Shown: positions 41,790-51,403 of the stretch, in pieces
Layout: each line of letters opens with the position of its first letter
Numbering within the stretch: the stretch's first letter is position 1
Origin: Novosphingobium sp.
Lineage (GTDB): Bacteria > Pseudomonadota > Alphaproteobacteria > Sphingomonadales > Sphingomonadaceae
Direction: 5' to 3'
Assembly: GCF_039595395.1 (NCBI RefSeq)
Contig: NZ_JBCNLP010000001.1
Span: 577,823-641,822 of the forward strand
DNA length: 64,000 nt
Notes under the pieces: generated by a model
Database searches by the model: none
Seen by the model: only the letters and a program-made list of their open reading frames with translations
Told to the model about the DNA's origin: nothing
Program-made: the position numbers and the translations under genes

Positions 41790-42088
41790 AGGGGTTTGAA
41801 GGGGGAAAGTGCGAGGGTGTTACACCCTCGCGCTCCCTTTAATGTCCGCGTTGCGCTTCGGGTTCGGCCATAGGTCTAAGGTCGCTGCGCCGCGGGCTTT
41901 AAACGATAGAGGGCGCCGGGGCTTCCTGCCTGCGGCGCCTTTTCCTTGCGCGGTGGAGAGTTCACGCACCACGACCGGGCGCCACTGCCCATGCGTCGGA
42001 AGACGTCATGGGAGCGCGAGGGCCCGGAGCATGTCTCTTGAGACATGCGACCAACAAAGACTCCCCCCTCGCATCTTCCTTTTCCCTT
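41790..42088 (+). repeat. Family-1 intergenic element, copy 9 (full length, forward) with a 43-nt insertion in the right terminal hairpin
   Basis: The right hairpin arms GCGAGGG (42016-42022) and CCCTCGC (42066-42072) are separated by 43 nt instead of 7. The insert holds its own palindrome, GCATGTCT-cttg-AGACATGC. Confidence 0.88.
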
Positions 42089-42093
42089 CTGCC

Positions 42094-42130
42094 TTCAAGA
42101 ATCGCACAAACAAAAAAGCCCCCGCCAACC
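42094..42130 (-). terminator. Rho-independent terminator downstream of degP
   Basis: The minus strand reads AGCCCTCGCC-ggtt-GGCGGGGGCT followed by TTTTTTGTTTG. Confidence 0.8.
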
Positions 42131-42163
42131 GGCGAGGGCTCTTCTGCAATGCCAGGAAATCAA

Positions 42164-43711
42164 TCAGCGCAGGCGGATCGGCACGTACTGCGCGGGCTGG
42201 CCGCGGTGGATCACCTGCAGCAGCAGCGCCGGGCGGTTCGAGGCCTGTGCCGCGCGGATGGCGGCTTCCAGCTCGGCCACGGTGTTGACCGGCTGATAGC
42301 CTGCCGAGGTCACCACGTCCCCGCGCGACAGGCCCTTGGCGCCCGCGTCCGAGTTGGGGTCGACGAAGCCGATCACCACGCCCTTGGTGTTTTCTGCAAC
42401 GCCCACGGCGCGGGCGATCGGCGGCGTCAGCGGCTGCACGGAGAGGCCGATGGCCTTTTCGGTCAGGCCGCTGGTGGCTGGGGCCTTGGGGTTGGCGCCC
42501 TTCTTGAAGGGGTTGTCACCGCCGGCATTGTCGGGGTCGAAGACCTGCTGGGCCAGTTCTTCCTCGCTCGGGCGGGTGGCGACGGTGACCTGGAGGGTCA
42601 TCGGCTTGCCGTTGCGAATGATGTCGATCGGGATGCGCTTGCCGGGCTCGGTGTTGGCCACAAGGTAGGACAGCGACTGGCGCGGGCTGACTTCCTGCCC
42701 GTTGACGCGCAGCACGACGTCGCCAGCCAGCAGGCCGCCCAGTGCCGCGGCCTTGCCGGGTTCGACGAGCTGAATGAACTCGCCCTTGTTGTGGGGCACG
42801 CCCAGCGAGTCGGCGAGGTCATCATTCAGCGGCTGGATGCGCACGCCGAGGTAGCCGCGCGCGATGGTCTTGCCGTGGATCAGCTTATCGACGATGGGCG
42901 AGGCGATGTCGGAGGGGATGGCCAGGCCGATGCCGACCGAGCCGCCGGTGGGCGACAGGATGGCGCGGTTGATGCCGATCACCTGGCCCTTCATGTCGAA
43001 CATCGGGCCGCCCGAGTTGCCCTGATTGATCGCCGCATCGGTCTGGATGTAGCGGTCATAGGCGCTGCCCGAGCCGGTGTTGCGCAGCACGGCCGAAACG
43101 ATACCGGCGGTGACGGTGCCGCCCAGGCCGAAGGGGTTGCCGATGGCGATCACCCAGTCGCCCACGCGGGCCGCGCCGCTGTCGCCGAACTTGACGAAGG
43201 GCAGGGGCTTGGGGGTGGTGATCTTCAGCACGGCGAGGTCGGACTGGGAGTCCTTGCCGATCAGCTTGGCGGGATATTCGTTGCCGTCGGTGAGGGTAAC
43301 GCTGATCGATTCGACCTCGCCCTGGCCCTCGGCGGTGATGACGTGGTTGTTGGTGACGATGTAGCCATCCGCCGACACGATGAAGCCCGAGCCGAGCGAC
43401 TGGGCTTCGCGGGTCTGGCCACCGCCGCCGCTATCGCCCTGGCCGCCGAACATGCCCTCGAAGGGGGTGCCGGCCAGCGGGTTGTCATTCTGCACCTTCA
43501 CCTTCTGGCGGGTGGAGATGTTGACCACAGCGGGCTGCAACTGAGCGGTCAGGTCGGCGAAGCTGGCGGGCGCGCCGGCGCGGGGCGCCATGGCGGATAT
43601 TTTCTGGGCATCGTTCTGCGCGACCTGCGCACCGGCGGGGAAACCCGAAACGAGCGAGAATGTGGCGCCACCCAGCAGCAGGGCGCTGGTCAATCCATAA
43701 GCATATCGCAC
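42164..43711 (-). CDS. degP: Periplasmic serine endoprotease DegP/HtrA (Do family), two PDZ domains
   Basis: The GTG at 43711 is preceded by AAGAGGA. Catalytic motifs are TNNHV and GNSGGPMF, and the N-terminus is signal-like. Confidence 0.9.
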   Translation of the reverse strand: MRYAYGLTSALLLGGATFSLVSGFPAGAQVAQNDAQKISAMAPRAGAPASFADLTAQLQPAVVNISTRQKVKVQNDNPLAGTPFEGMFGGQGDSGGGGQTREAQSLGSGFIVSADGYIVTNNHVITAEGQGEVESISVTLTDGNEYPAKLIGKDSQSDLAVLKITTPKPLPFVKFGDSGAARVGDWVIAIGNPFGLGGTVTAGIVSAVLRNTGSGSAYDRYIQTDAAINQGNSGGPMFDMKGQVIGINRAILSPTGGSVGIGLAIPSDIASPIVDKLIHGKTIARGYLGVRIQPLNDDLADSLGVPHNKGEFIQLVEPGKAAALGGLLAGDVVLRVNGQEVSPRQSLSYLVANTEPGKRIPIDIIRNGKPMTLQVTVATRPSEEELAQQVFDPDNAGGDNPFKKGANPKAPATSGLTEKAIGLSVQPLTPPIARAVGVAENTKGVVIGFVDPNSDAGAKGLSRGDVVTSAGYQPVNTVAELEAAIRAAQASNRPALLLQVIHRGQPAQYVPIRLR

Positions 43712-43908
43712 GTGGCTCGGTCCTCTTTCTGATGTCGGCGCATGCTGCCCCGGCCGGGGCGCAAGGCGCAAGAGCAATTCAACAGGTTAACTGGCGGATG
43801 GGCGTCAGGTTTCGGCCAAATCTCACCTTTTTGCCCTGAATGAAGTTTGAATGGTTCATCTTTGCGGGGGTTCTGGCGGGTTTGGTCTAAGCTGTTTGGG
43901 TAAATGAC

Positions 43909-44799
43909 TTATTTGGCTTTTCCGCCTCCCTGGGCTGGGGTAGCTTTGCCGCCGCCCCGGAATTGGCGCAGATAATCATTGTCGGGCGTCAGCACGATGG
44001 TGGTCCCCGACTTGATCTGCGGATTGGCCATGGTCGCCTCATAGCTCTTCATGGCGCGGTAGAAATCGTAGAAGCCCGGATCCTTGCCGAAGGAGGCGGC
44101 ATAGGTCTGGGCGGCGCGGGCCTCGGCGTCGGCCTCGATGATCTGGGCCTGCTTCTGGCCGTCGGCGCGGATGGCGGTGGCCTCCTGCTCGCGGGCGGAT
44201 TCCATATTGGCGAAGGCGCGTTCCAGCGCGGTGCCCTCGGGCAGGTCGGCGCGCTTGATCCGCACATCGATCACCTGCACGCCATATTGCCGCGCCTCGC
44301 GGTCGAACTGCTGGCGGATCTGGGCCAGCACCGCGCCGCGCTCGGCGGTCAGCAGCGTCTGGAAGGTGTGCGAGGCCAGCCCCCGGCGCAGCCGCGAGTT
44401 GAGGATCGGCTGAAGCTGTTCTTTCAGCCGGTCCATCGTGCCCGCCGTGCTGACCATCAGCACCGGATCAATCACGCGGTAAAGCGCGAAGGCATCGACC
44501 TCCAGCCGCTGCTGATCGGAGGAGATGACGAGCTGGCGGTCCATCTCGATCGGCTGGATGCGCTTGTCGACGCGCACCAGCGTTTCGAAGAAGGGGATGC
44601 GCGGATAGAGGCCCGCGCCGGTCTGGCCGAAATCCTGATTGGGCTTGAACTTGTTGATGACCGAGACCGGGGCGCCATTGCGCAGCACCACCGCCTGCTC
44701 GGTCTCATCCACCTCGACCACGCTGAGCAGCGCCACCACGGCGGCCACGGCCACCACGCTGAGCGTCAGCCTGTGCTCTTGCCAGAAGGTGCCGATCAT
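43909..44799 (-). CDS. hflC: FtsH protease modulator HflC
   Basis: A band-7/SPFH domain follows an N-terminal TM helix. The start overlaps the hflK stop (ATGA). Confidence 0.9.
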   Translation of the reverse strand: MIGTFWQEHRLTLSVVAVAAVVALLSVVEVDETEQAVVLRNGAPVSVINKFKPNQDFGQTGAGLYPRIPFFETLVRVDKRIQPIEMDRQLVISSDQQRLEVDAFALYRVIDPVLMVSTAGTMDRLKEQLQPILNSRLRRGLASHTFQTLLTAERGAVLAQIRQQFDREARQYGVQVIDVRIKRADLPEGTALERAFANMESAREQEATAIRADGQKQAQIIEADAEARAAQTYAASFGKDPGFYDFYRAMKSYEATMANPQIKSGTTIVLTPDNDYLRQFRGGGKATPAQGGGKAK

Positions 44800-46103
44800 T
44801 GGGCGCCTCCGATCTGGGGCTGGGGCTGAGGCAGGGCGTTGCCATCGGGCACGGCTTCGGCGCGGCGGCGCAGTTCGGGCAGCGGCAGATAGGTGGTGGG
44901 GCCGTTGGGCAGGATCACCTTGTCGTTCTGCGAGAGCACGCGGTCCATCGTCTCGTAATACATGCGGCGGCGAGTCACCTCGGGCGCGGCCTTGTACTGG
45001 GTGTAGACGCGGTCGAAGGCGGCGGCCTCACCCTCGGCGCGGGCGATGGTCTGCTGGGCATAGCCGCGCGCCTGCTGGATGTAGCGGCTGCGGTCCTGCT
45101 GGGCTGCCTGCACCTTCTGGAAGGCCTCGTTCACCTTGCTTGGCGGATCGGCCTTTTTGAGGTCCACGCCCTGAATCAGCACGCCCGCGTGATAGGCATC
45201 GAGCACCGCCTGCATGCGCTGCTGGACATGGGCACCGATTTCGGCGCTGGCGGCGCCGCCCATCACGTCGTTGAGCTTCACCTCGGCGATGCTGGCGCGC
45301 ATCGCGGCCTCGGCCACTTCGGTGACGGTACCTTCGGGGTCTTTCAACTGGAAGGAATAGAGCTTCAGGTCGCGGATGCTCCAGCGCACGACATAGGAGA
45401 TGTTGACCAGGCTCTGGTCGCTGGTGAGCATCAGATTTTCCGCCTCGCCATTGGGGACGGAAAGCTGCTTGATGGTGGTGACATCGCGCACCTCCACCTG
45501 CTGGAAGGGCCAGGGCAGCGTCCAATTGAAGCCGGGCTGCAGGGTCTTGGAATATTGCCCGAAGGTGGTGACCACCCCCTGCTCGTGCAGGCCGAGCGCA
45601 TGCACGCTGGAGAGCATCACCCCCAGCGCTAGCGATCCGCCGATGATGCTGGGCCACCAGCTCTTGCCGTTATGGCGTGGGGGCAGGCGCAGCAGATGGC
45701 TCAGGTCCGGCGGGGGAGCGCCATCCTTGCCGCCGTCTTTTCCGTCCTTGCCGTTGCCGGACTTGTTGCCGTTGCCACCGCGGCGCTGGCGGAAGATCTC
45801 CTCGATCCCCGGCGCGCGGCGTGGCGGCGGTGCCTCGGGCGCCCATGGGTTGCGTGGGGGCTCTCCGGCGCGGGGCGGGGCAGGGTCGCCGTCACCTGCG
45901 GCGGGAGGAGGCGTGGATGCGCCATCCTCGGGCGAGGGCGTGTTGTCCCCGCCCTCTGGCGTGTGGTTGGCCAGCAGGGGCGGGGCTGCCATGTGCCCCG
46001 GCCTGAGACGGTCGATCCATTCACCCAAAAGCTTCATGAACACATCTATAGGACGCCTTTCGCGCAAGAACAGGGGACAAGCGCGGGTATTGCGGAAATT
46101 CAT
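44796..46103 (-). CDS. hflK: FtsH protease modulator HflK
   Basis: An SPFH domain follows a Pro/Gly-rich cytoplasmic N-terminus. The start is uncertain, with candidates at 46103, 46037 and 45992. Confidence 0.85.
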   Translation of the reverse strand: MNFRNTRACPLFLRERRPIDVFMKLLGEWIDRLRPGHMAAPPLLANHTPEGGDNTPSPEDGASTPPPAAGDGDPAPPRAGEPPRNPWAPEAPPPRRAPGIEEIFRQRRGGNGNKSGNGKDGKDGGKDGAPPPDLSHLLRLPPRHNGKSWWPSIIGGSLALGVMLSSVHALGLHEQGVVTTFGQYSKTLQPGFNWTLPWPFQQVEVRDVTTIKQLSVPNGEAENLMLTSDQSLVNISYVVRWSIRDLKLYSFQLKDPEGTVTEVAEAAMRASIAEVKLNDVMGGAASAEIGAHVQQRMQAVLDAYHAGVLIQGVDLKKADPPSKVNEAFQKVQAAQQDRSRYIQQARGYAQQTIARAEGEAAAFDRVYTQYKAAPEVTRRRMYYETMDRVLSQNDKVILPNGPTTYLPLPELRRRAEAVPDGNALPQPQPQIGGAQ

Positions 46104-46249
46104 CCTGTGCCATGGCGGAAAGGCTGCCGGAGCATTTTGAGAAGGGGCATAAAATGCCGCTTCGGCTCGAAAATGCGACCCACAAAGAGAAAGAGCCTTT
46201 TCGCTTCTGGCGAAAAGGCTCTAGGGCCTAGGCAATCCCCTATGTTCCG

Positions 46250-47257
46250 ATGCCTGAAAGACTTCTGCCCATGACCTCGCCCGACATGCTCAAGCAGCAT
46301 TTGCCTGAAACTCTGGCGCAGCGGGTGCAATCCGCGCGGCTGGTCGAGGGCGTGGCGACGCTGGTGCTGGACGGCGCCGGGCTGGACCAGCCCGGTCGCG
46401 AGCAGGCCGAACACGCCATCCGCACGGCGCTGGCAGGGGTGGAAGGCGTGAGCGAAGTGCGCGTCGGCATCATGGCCGACCGCCCCACCGAGGCGCCCAA
46501 ACCCAAGGGGCCGATCATCATTTCCGTCGGCGCTGGCAAGGGTGGCGTCGGCAAATCGACGCTCTCGGCCAATCTGGCGGTGGCGCTGGCGCGGCAGGGC
46601 TTGAAGGTCGGGCTGGTCGATGCCGATATCCACGGCCCCAGCCAGCCGCGCCTGTTGGGCACCGAAGGCATCAAGCCCGAGGCCGCCGACAGCAAGATGT
46701 TTCCGATCCCTACGGCGTTCGGTATCCGCGCCCTGTCGATGGGCAATCTGATCGAGCCGGGCAAGGCCATCGCCTGGCGCGGATCGATGGCGGCGGGCGC
46801 GCTGGGCCAGATGGTCGACGCGCATTGGGGTGATACCCAGGTGCTGATCATCGATCTGCCGCCGGGCACCGGCGATGTGCAGCTCACCATGGTGCAGAAG
46901 CACAAGCCGGCGGGCGCGATCATCGTCTCCACGCCTCAGGATCTGGCGCTGATGGATGCGGCGCGGGCGATTCAGCTTTTTGACACGGTGGGCGTGCCGG
47001 TGATCGGTCTGGTCGAGAATATGGCCGGTTATATCTGCCCCCATTGCGGCGAGGAATCCGACCCCTTCGGCCATGGCGGCGCGGAGACTGCCGCGCGGGA
47101 GATGGGCCTGCCTTTCCTGGGCCGCGTGCCGCTCGATCTGTCGATCCGCGTGGACAGCGATGCGGGCAGGCCGCCTGCCGCCGGTGACACGCTGCAGGGC
47201 AAGGCCTTTGCCGCGATTGCCGCCAAGCTGGCCGCCTGGCTCAAGGCGCACGCCTGA
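46250..47257 (+). CDS. apbC: Iron-sulfur cluster carrier ATPase (Mrp/NBP35/ApbC family)
   Basis: It has the deviant Walker A GAGKGGVGKST and the CPHCG motif. The start is 46250 or 46271. Confidence 0.9.
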   Translation: MPERLLPMTSPDMLKQHLPETLAQRVQSARLVEGVATLVLDGAGLDQPGREQAEHAIRTALAGVEGVSEVRVGIMADRPTEAPKPKGPIIISVGAGKGGVGKSTLSANLAVALARQGLKVGLVDADIHGPSQPRLLGTEGIKPEAADSKMFPIPTAFGIRALSMGNLIEPGKAIAWRGSMAAGALGQMVDAHWGDTQVLIIDLPPGTGDVQLTMVQKHKPAGAIIVSTPQDLALMDAARAIQLFDTVGVPVIGLVENMAGYICPHCGEESDPFGHGGAETAAREMGLPFLGRVPLDLSIRVDSDAGRPPAAGDTLQGKAFAAIAAKLAAWLKAHA

Positions 47258-47259
47258 CC

Positions 47260-49536
47260 ATGGAGCTGTCGCGCCGCCAACTGCTGGTGGGCGCGGCCCT
47301 TGGCGGCGGGCTGGTGGTGGCCTGGGGGCTGCGCAAGCGTCCTTGGCCCCTGCCTCTGCCGCCGGGCGAGGGCGAGGTGGCCTTCGATGCCTGGATCAGG
47401 GTGGGGCGCGATGGCGTGGTCACCGTCAGCGTGCCGCAACTGGAGATGGGGCAGGGGATCAGCACGCAACTGGCGCAGATCGCCGCGCTGGAGCTGGAGG
47501 CGGACTGGCGGCAGATGGGCGTGGTCTTCGCGCCTGCGTCCGAGATTTTCGCCAATGCTCCGCTGGCGGCGCGCTGGGCGGAACTGTGGCTGCCGATGGC
47601 GCGGGACAATGGCGTTCCGTCTGACAACTGGTTGGCCCGCCATTGGGCCGAGGCGCATCGCTTTACCGCCACCGCTGATGGACAGTCGCTGGCGGCTTAC
47701 GAGGCGCCCTTGCGCCATGCCGCTGCCGGGGCGCGGGCGCTGCTGGTGAAAGCTGCGGCGAAGCGCTGGGATGTAAGGCCGGAGGATTGCACCGTGTCCG
47801 GCGGTCTGGTGCACCATGGCCCGCAGAGCCTGACATTTGGCGCTTTGGCGCAGGAAGCTTCCAAGCTAACCCCGCCTGATCCTCTGCCGCTTGGCCCTCT
47901 GCCCGCCGAAAACCCCGCGCGTCTGCCATCGGGCAGCACGCCGCCTTTCCCCCGGCTCGACCTGCCCGCCAAACTCGATGGCGGGTGGATGTTCGCGGGG
48001 GATGTGCGCCTGCCCGATATGGTCTTTGCCGCGATCCGCCATGCCCCCGTTGGAGAGGCTGCGCATCTGGCCGGTCACGATGCCAGGGCCGCGAAAGGCA
48101 TCGGCGGCTTCCTCAAGCTGGTCGAAGGGCCCGACTGGCTGGCCGCCGTCGCCACCAACAGCTGGGCGGCGGAGCAGGCGCTGGCCGCCGTGGCGCCGCG
48201 CTTTTCCGTCCATCGCCCGATCAGCGCGGAAAAGATCGATGGCGCGCTGGATGCGGCACTGAAAGCGGCGATCAAACAGGGCGGGCAGACCATCGCCAAA
48301 CAGGGCGATCCCGAGGCGCTGCTGGGCAGCAAGCCGCCCTACAGCCAGCGCTATGACGCCGCTGCTGCCGTGGCCGCGCCGCTGGAAACCGCCAGTGCGG
48401 TGGCCCGCCTGCGCGATGGGCGCTGCGAGATCTGGGTGGCGTCGCAAGCGCCCGAACAGACCCGCCGCGCGGTGGCCGGGGCGCTCGATATCAGCGTGGA
48501 GCATGTGGTGCTCTATCCGCTGGCGGCGGGCGGCAGTTTCGATGCCCGGCTCGAATGCCCCCATGCCGTGGAGGCCGCGCTGATCGCGCGCGAGACCGGC
48601 AAGCCCGTGCTGCTGACCTACACCCGCTGGCAGGAGGCCGTCACCGCCATCCACCGCCCGCCCCTGGCCGCGCAGATCGAGGCGCGGGTCGATCAGACCG
48701 GCACGATCGCGGCATGGCGGCTGCGTGTGGCGATGCCCTCTGCCGCGCGGGAGTTTGGCGCCCGCCTGCTGCAAGGCACCAGCCGCGCCGAGGCGATGGC
48801 GCATCACCAGAACGCTCATGTCGATCCGCTGGCGATGGAGGGCTTTGTCCCGCCCTACAGCTTCGCGCTTGCCATCGAGCATGCGCCCGTTGCCGTCGGC
48901 CTGCCCACCGGGCGGCTGCGCGGCAATGGCCACGCGCTGGGCGCCTTTATCACCGAGAGCTTTGTCGATGAGATCGCCGCCGCTCAGGGCCGCGAGCCGC
49001 TGTCCTACCGCATGGCTATGCTGGAGGGCGATCCCCGGCTGGCGGCCTGTCTGCAGCGCGTGTCGGCGCTGGCCAACTGGAACGGCGGCCATGATGCCAG
49101 CGGGCAGGGCATCGCCTGCCATCGCATAGGGTCCGTTTCCGGGGGCGGCTGCATCGCCGCCGTGGTGACGGCCCGGCGCGGCGATGAGGGCGTGGCGGTG
49201 GACCGCATTGTCGCCGTGGCGGACATTGGCCGCATCGTGAATGTCGATATCGCCCGGCAGCAGATCGAGGGCGGGCTGGTCTATGGCATCGGTCTGGCTT
49301 TGGGCTCGGCCTCGGTGTGGAATGGGGGCTTGCCCGCTGGCGCGCGGCTGGCGGCGCTCAATCTGCCCTTGCTCGTCAATTGCCCCGAGGTGGAGGTTGA
49401 CCTGATCGCCTCCACCGCCGATCCCGAGGATCCCGGCGAGGTGGGCGTGGCTGTGGCCGCCCCGGCCATCGCCAATGCGCTGTTTTCGGCGACGGGCTTG
49501 CGCCTGCGTCGCCTGCCGCTTGGCAGTGAGGAATGA
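47260..49536 (+). CDS. Molybdopterin-binding subunit of a xanthine dehydrogenase/aldehyde oxidase-family enzyme (IorB-like), Tat signal
   Basis: MELSRRQLLVGAALGGG is a Tat-like leader. The protein resembles the isoquinoline 1-oxidoreductase beta-subunit family along its length. Confidence 0.75.
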   Translation: MELSRRQLLVGAALGGGLVVAWGLRKRPWPLPLPPGEGEVAFDAWIRVGRDGVVTVSVPQLEMGQGISTQLAQIAALELEADWRQMGVVFAPASEIFANAPLAARWAELWLPMARDNGVPSDNWLARHWAEAHRFTATADGQSLAAYEAPLRHAAAGARALLVKAAAKRWDVRPEDCTVSGGLVHHGPQSLTFGALAQEASKLTPPDPLPLGPLPAENPARLPSGSTPPFPRLDLPAKLDGGWMFAGDVRLPDMVFAAIRHAPVGEAAHLAGHDARAAKGIGGFLKLVEGPDWLAAVATNSWAAEQALAAVAPRFSVHRPISAEKIDGALDAALKAAIKQGGQTIAKQGDPEALLGSKPPYSQRYDAAAAVAAPLETASAVARLRDGRCEIWVASQAPEQTRRAVAGALDISVEHVVLYPLAAGGSFDARLECPHAVEAALIARETGKPVLLTYTRWQEAVTAIHRPPLAAQIEARVDQTGTIAAWRLRVAMPSAAREFGARLLQGTSRAEAMAHHQNAHVDPLAMEGFVPPYSFALAIEHAPVAVGLPTGRLRGNGHALGAFITESFVDEIAAAQGREPLSYRMAMLEGDPRLAACLQRVSALANWNGGHDASGQGIACHRIGSVSGGGCIAAVVTARRGDEGVAVDRIVAVADIGRIVNVDIARQQIEGGLVYGIGLALGSASVWNGGLPAGARLAALNLPLLVNCPEVEVDLIASTADPEDPGEVGVAVAAPAIANALFSATGLRLRRLPLGSEE

Positions 49537-49540
49537 GGAT

Positions 49541-50569
49541 ATGACTGTGAGCCAGACCGCTTTGCCCCCCTCCCATCCCGCCGTGACCGTGGGCAAGGTG
49601 GGCGTGCTGCTGGTCAATCTGGGCACGCCTCAGGCCGCGACGCCTGCCGCCGTGCGGACCTATCTGGCGCAATTCCTCTCCGACCCGCGCGTGGTGGAGA
49701 TCCCGCGCGCCATCTGGCTGCCGATCCTGCATGGCATCATCCTGCGCACGCGGCCCGCGAAATCGGCCCATGCCTATGCGCAGGTGTGGACCGAGGAGGG
49801 ATCGCCTTTGGCCGCCATCACCAGGGCTCAGGCGGTGGCGCTTCAGGCGCGGCTGGGCGAGGGCGTGACGGTGCGTTGGGGCATGCGCTATGGCCAGCCC
49901 GCCATTGCCGGGGAGATCGAGGCGCTGAAAAGTCAGGGCTGCGACCGCATCCTGATCTGCCCGCTCTATCCGCAATATTCGGGCGCCACCACCGCCAGCG
50001 TGATGGATGCCGTGGGGGCGGCTCTGGCCGCGATGCGCTGGCAGCCCGCGATCCGCACCCTGCCGCCCTATCACGACGACCCGGCCCATATCGCGGCGCT
50101 GACCAGCGATGTGACGCGCCAGTTGCAGGCGCTGCCCTTCGTGCCCGAGGTGCTGCTGCTCTCCTTCCACGGCATGCCCGAGCGCACCCTGCATCTGGGT
50201 GACCCCTATCACTGCCAATGCCGCAAGACCGCGCGCCTGCTGGGCGAGGCGCTGGCCCCGCTGTTCCCCGTGCTGCGTGTGGAAACCGCCTTCCAGAGCC
50301 GCTTTGGCCGCGCCAAATGGCTGGATCCCTCCACCGAAGCCGTGCTGGAGGCCGAGGCGAAGAAGGGCACGCGCAAGCTGGCCATCGTGGCGCCGGGCTT
50401 CTCCGCCGATTGCGTCGAGACGCTGGAGGAACTGGCGATCCGTGGGCGCGAGGTTTTCGTCGAGGCCGGCGGTCAGGATTTCTCGGTGCTCTCCTGCCTC
50501 AATGCTGGCGAGGAGGGCATGGCGATGATCGAAACGCTGGTGCGGCGCGAGCTGTCTGGCTGGGCCTAA
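49541..50569 (+). CDS. hemH: Ferrochelatase
   Basis: The ATG at 49541 is preceded by GAGGA. VGVLLVNLGTP...YLAQFLSDPRVVEIPR and LLSFHGMPERTL are typical HemH motifs. Confidence 0.93.
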   Translation: MTVSQTALPPSHPAVTVGKVGVLLVNLGTPQAATPAAVRTYLAQFLSDPRVVEIPRAIWLPILHGIILRTRPAKSAHAYAQVWTEEGSPLAAITRAQAVALQARLGEGVTVRWGMRYGQPAIAGEIEALKSQGCDRILICPLYPQYSGATTASVMDAVGAALAAMRWQPAIRTLPPYHDDPAHIAALTSDVTRQLQALPFVPEVLLLSFHGMPERTLHLGDPYHCQCRKTARLLGEALAPLFPVLRVETAFQSRFGRAKWLDPSTEAVLEAEAKKGTRKLAIVAPGFSADCVETLEELAIRGREVFVEAGGQDFSVLSCLNAGEEGMAMIETLVRRELSGWA

Positions 50570-51126
50570 GGCTTGGGCCTAGGCGCCACCTTGTAGCCGG
50601 CATCGGGCGAGACCCAGAGCAGGTGATCGTCCGGGTGGTTCACCGGCTGCCCGGCGATGGTGGCATGGCGGGTGAAGCTGCGGGGATTGCCGCTGCCATC
50701 CGGGGTGCGGGTGGAGCACAATTCCCTGCCGATCAGCCCCTCGCGGGCCATCCCTTCCTGAATGCGCGGCAGCAACCCCGCGCTTTGCTCGGGCGGAAGC
50801 GGCTCGCCGCCGAAACGCAGCTTGGCCTGCTGCACCATCTCCACCGAGACCGTGCCGCACACCTGATTGCCCTTCAGCAGCGCCACGCCGGAAAAGCTGA
50901 GTGTCATCTTCAGATCGGGGCGCAGCAGCACTTCGGTGTCATCGGTGAAGCTGCCATCGGGGCGCGGGGTGAAATGGGCCAGTGCGCGGCAGGTTTTCGT
51001 CGCCTCATCGGGCTCGGCGCATTCGATCAGCCCTTGCGCGACAAGGGCCAGTGGATCGGCGCTGGGGGAGGGCGCGGCGGCATCCGCCTGGGCGGCAAGC
51101 AGCAGGAGCAGGCTGGCAATCGGCAT
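50566..51126 (-). CDS. Secreted hypothetical protein
   Basis: The signal peptide is MPIASLLLLLAAQADA. I recognise no family. Confidence 0.5.
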   Translation of the reverse strand: MPIASLLLLLAAQADAAAPSPSADPLALVAQGLIECAEPDEATKTCRALAHFTPRPDGSFTDDTEVLLRPDLKMTLSFSGVALLKGNQVCGTVSVEMVQQAKLRFGGEPLPPEQSAGLLPRIQEGMAREGLIGRELCSTRTPDGSGNPRSFTRHATIAGQPVNHPDDHLLWVSPDAGYKVAPRPKP

Positions 51127-51161
51127 GGCGTATCTCCCTTACGTCAGCTTCATGGAGGCGA

Positions 51162-51338
51162 TCAGAAATCCCAGGCGATGCCCTTGCGCGTGAAATCGCC
51201 ATAGCGCGTGGGGGACAGGCCCTCGGGGTCGTCCTCCGCCACCGGCGCGGCGGGGGCGGGCGCCGGATCGTTCGACCAATGCGCGGGCTTGGCGAAAGCG
51301 GCGGGGCGCTGAGTCGAGCGTTTGATCATGTCGGCCAT
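51162..51338 (-). CDS. DUF1674 (SDHAF4-like) small protein
   Basis: 58 aa ending ...PTRYGDFTRKGIAWDF, the characteristic DUF1674 C-terminus. The ATG is at 51338. Confidence 0.75.
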   Translation of the reverse strand: MADMIKRSTQRPAAFAKPAHWSNDPAPAPAAPVAEDDPEGLSPTRYGDFTRKGIAWDF

Positions 51339-51403
51339 AGGCCCCCAAATGCACCCGCAGCGCGGCGATTTCAATATGGCCAAAGATAGAGTAGGGGGCC
51401 ACG

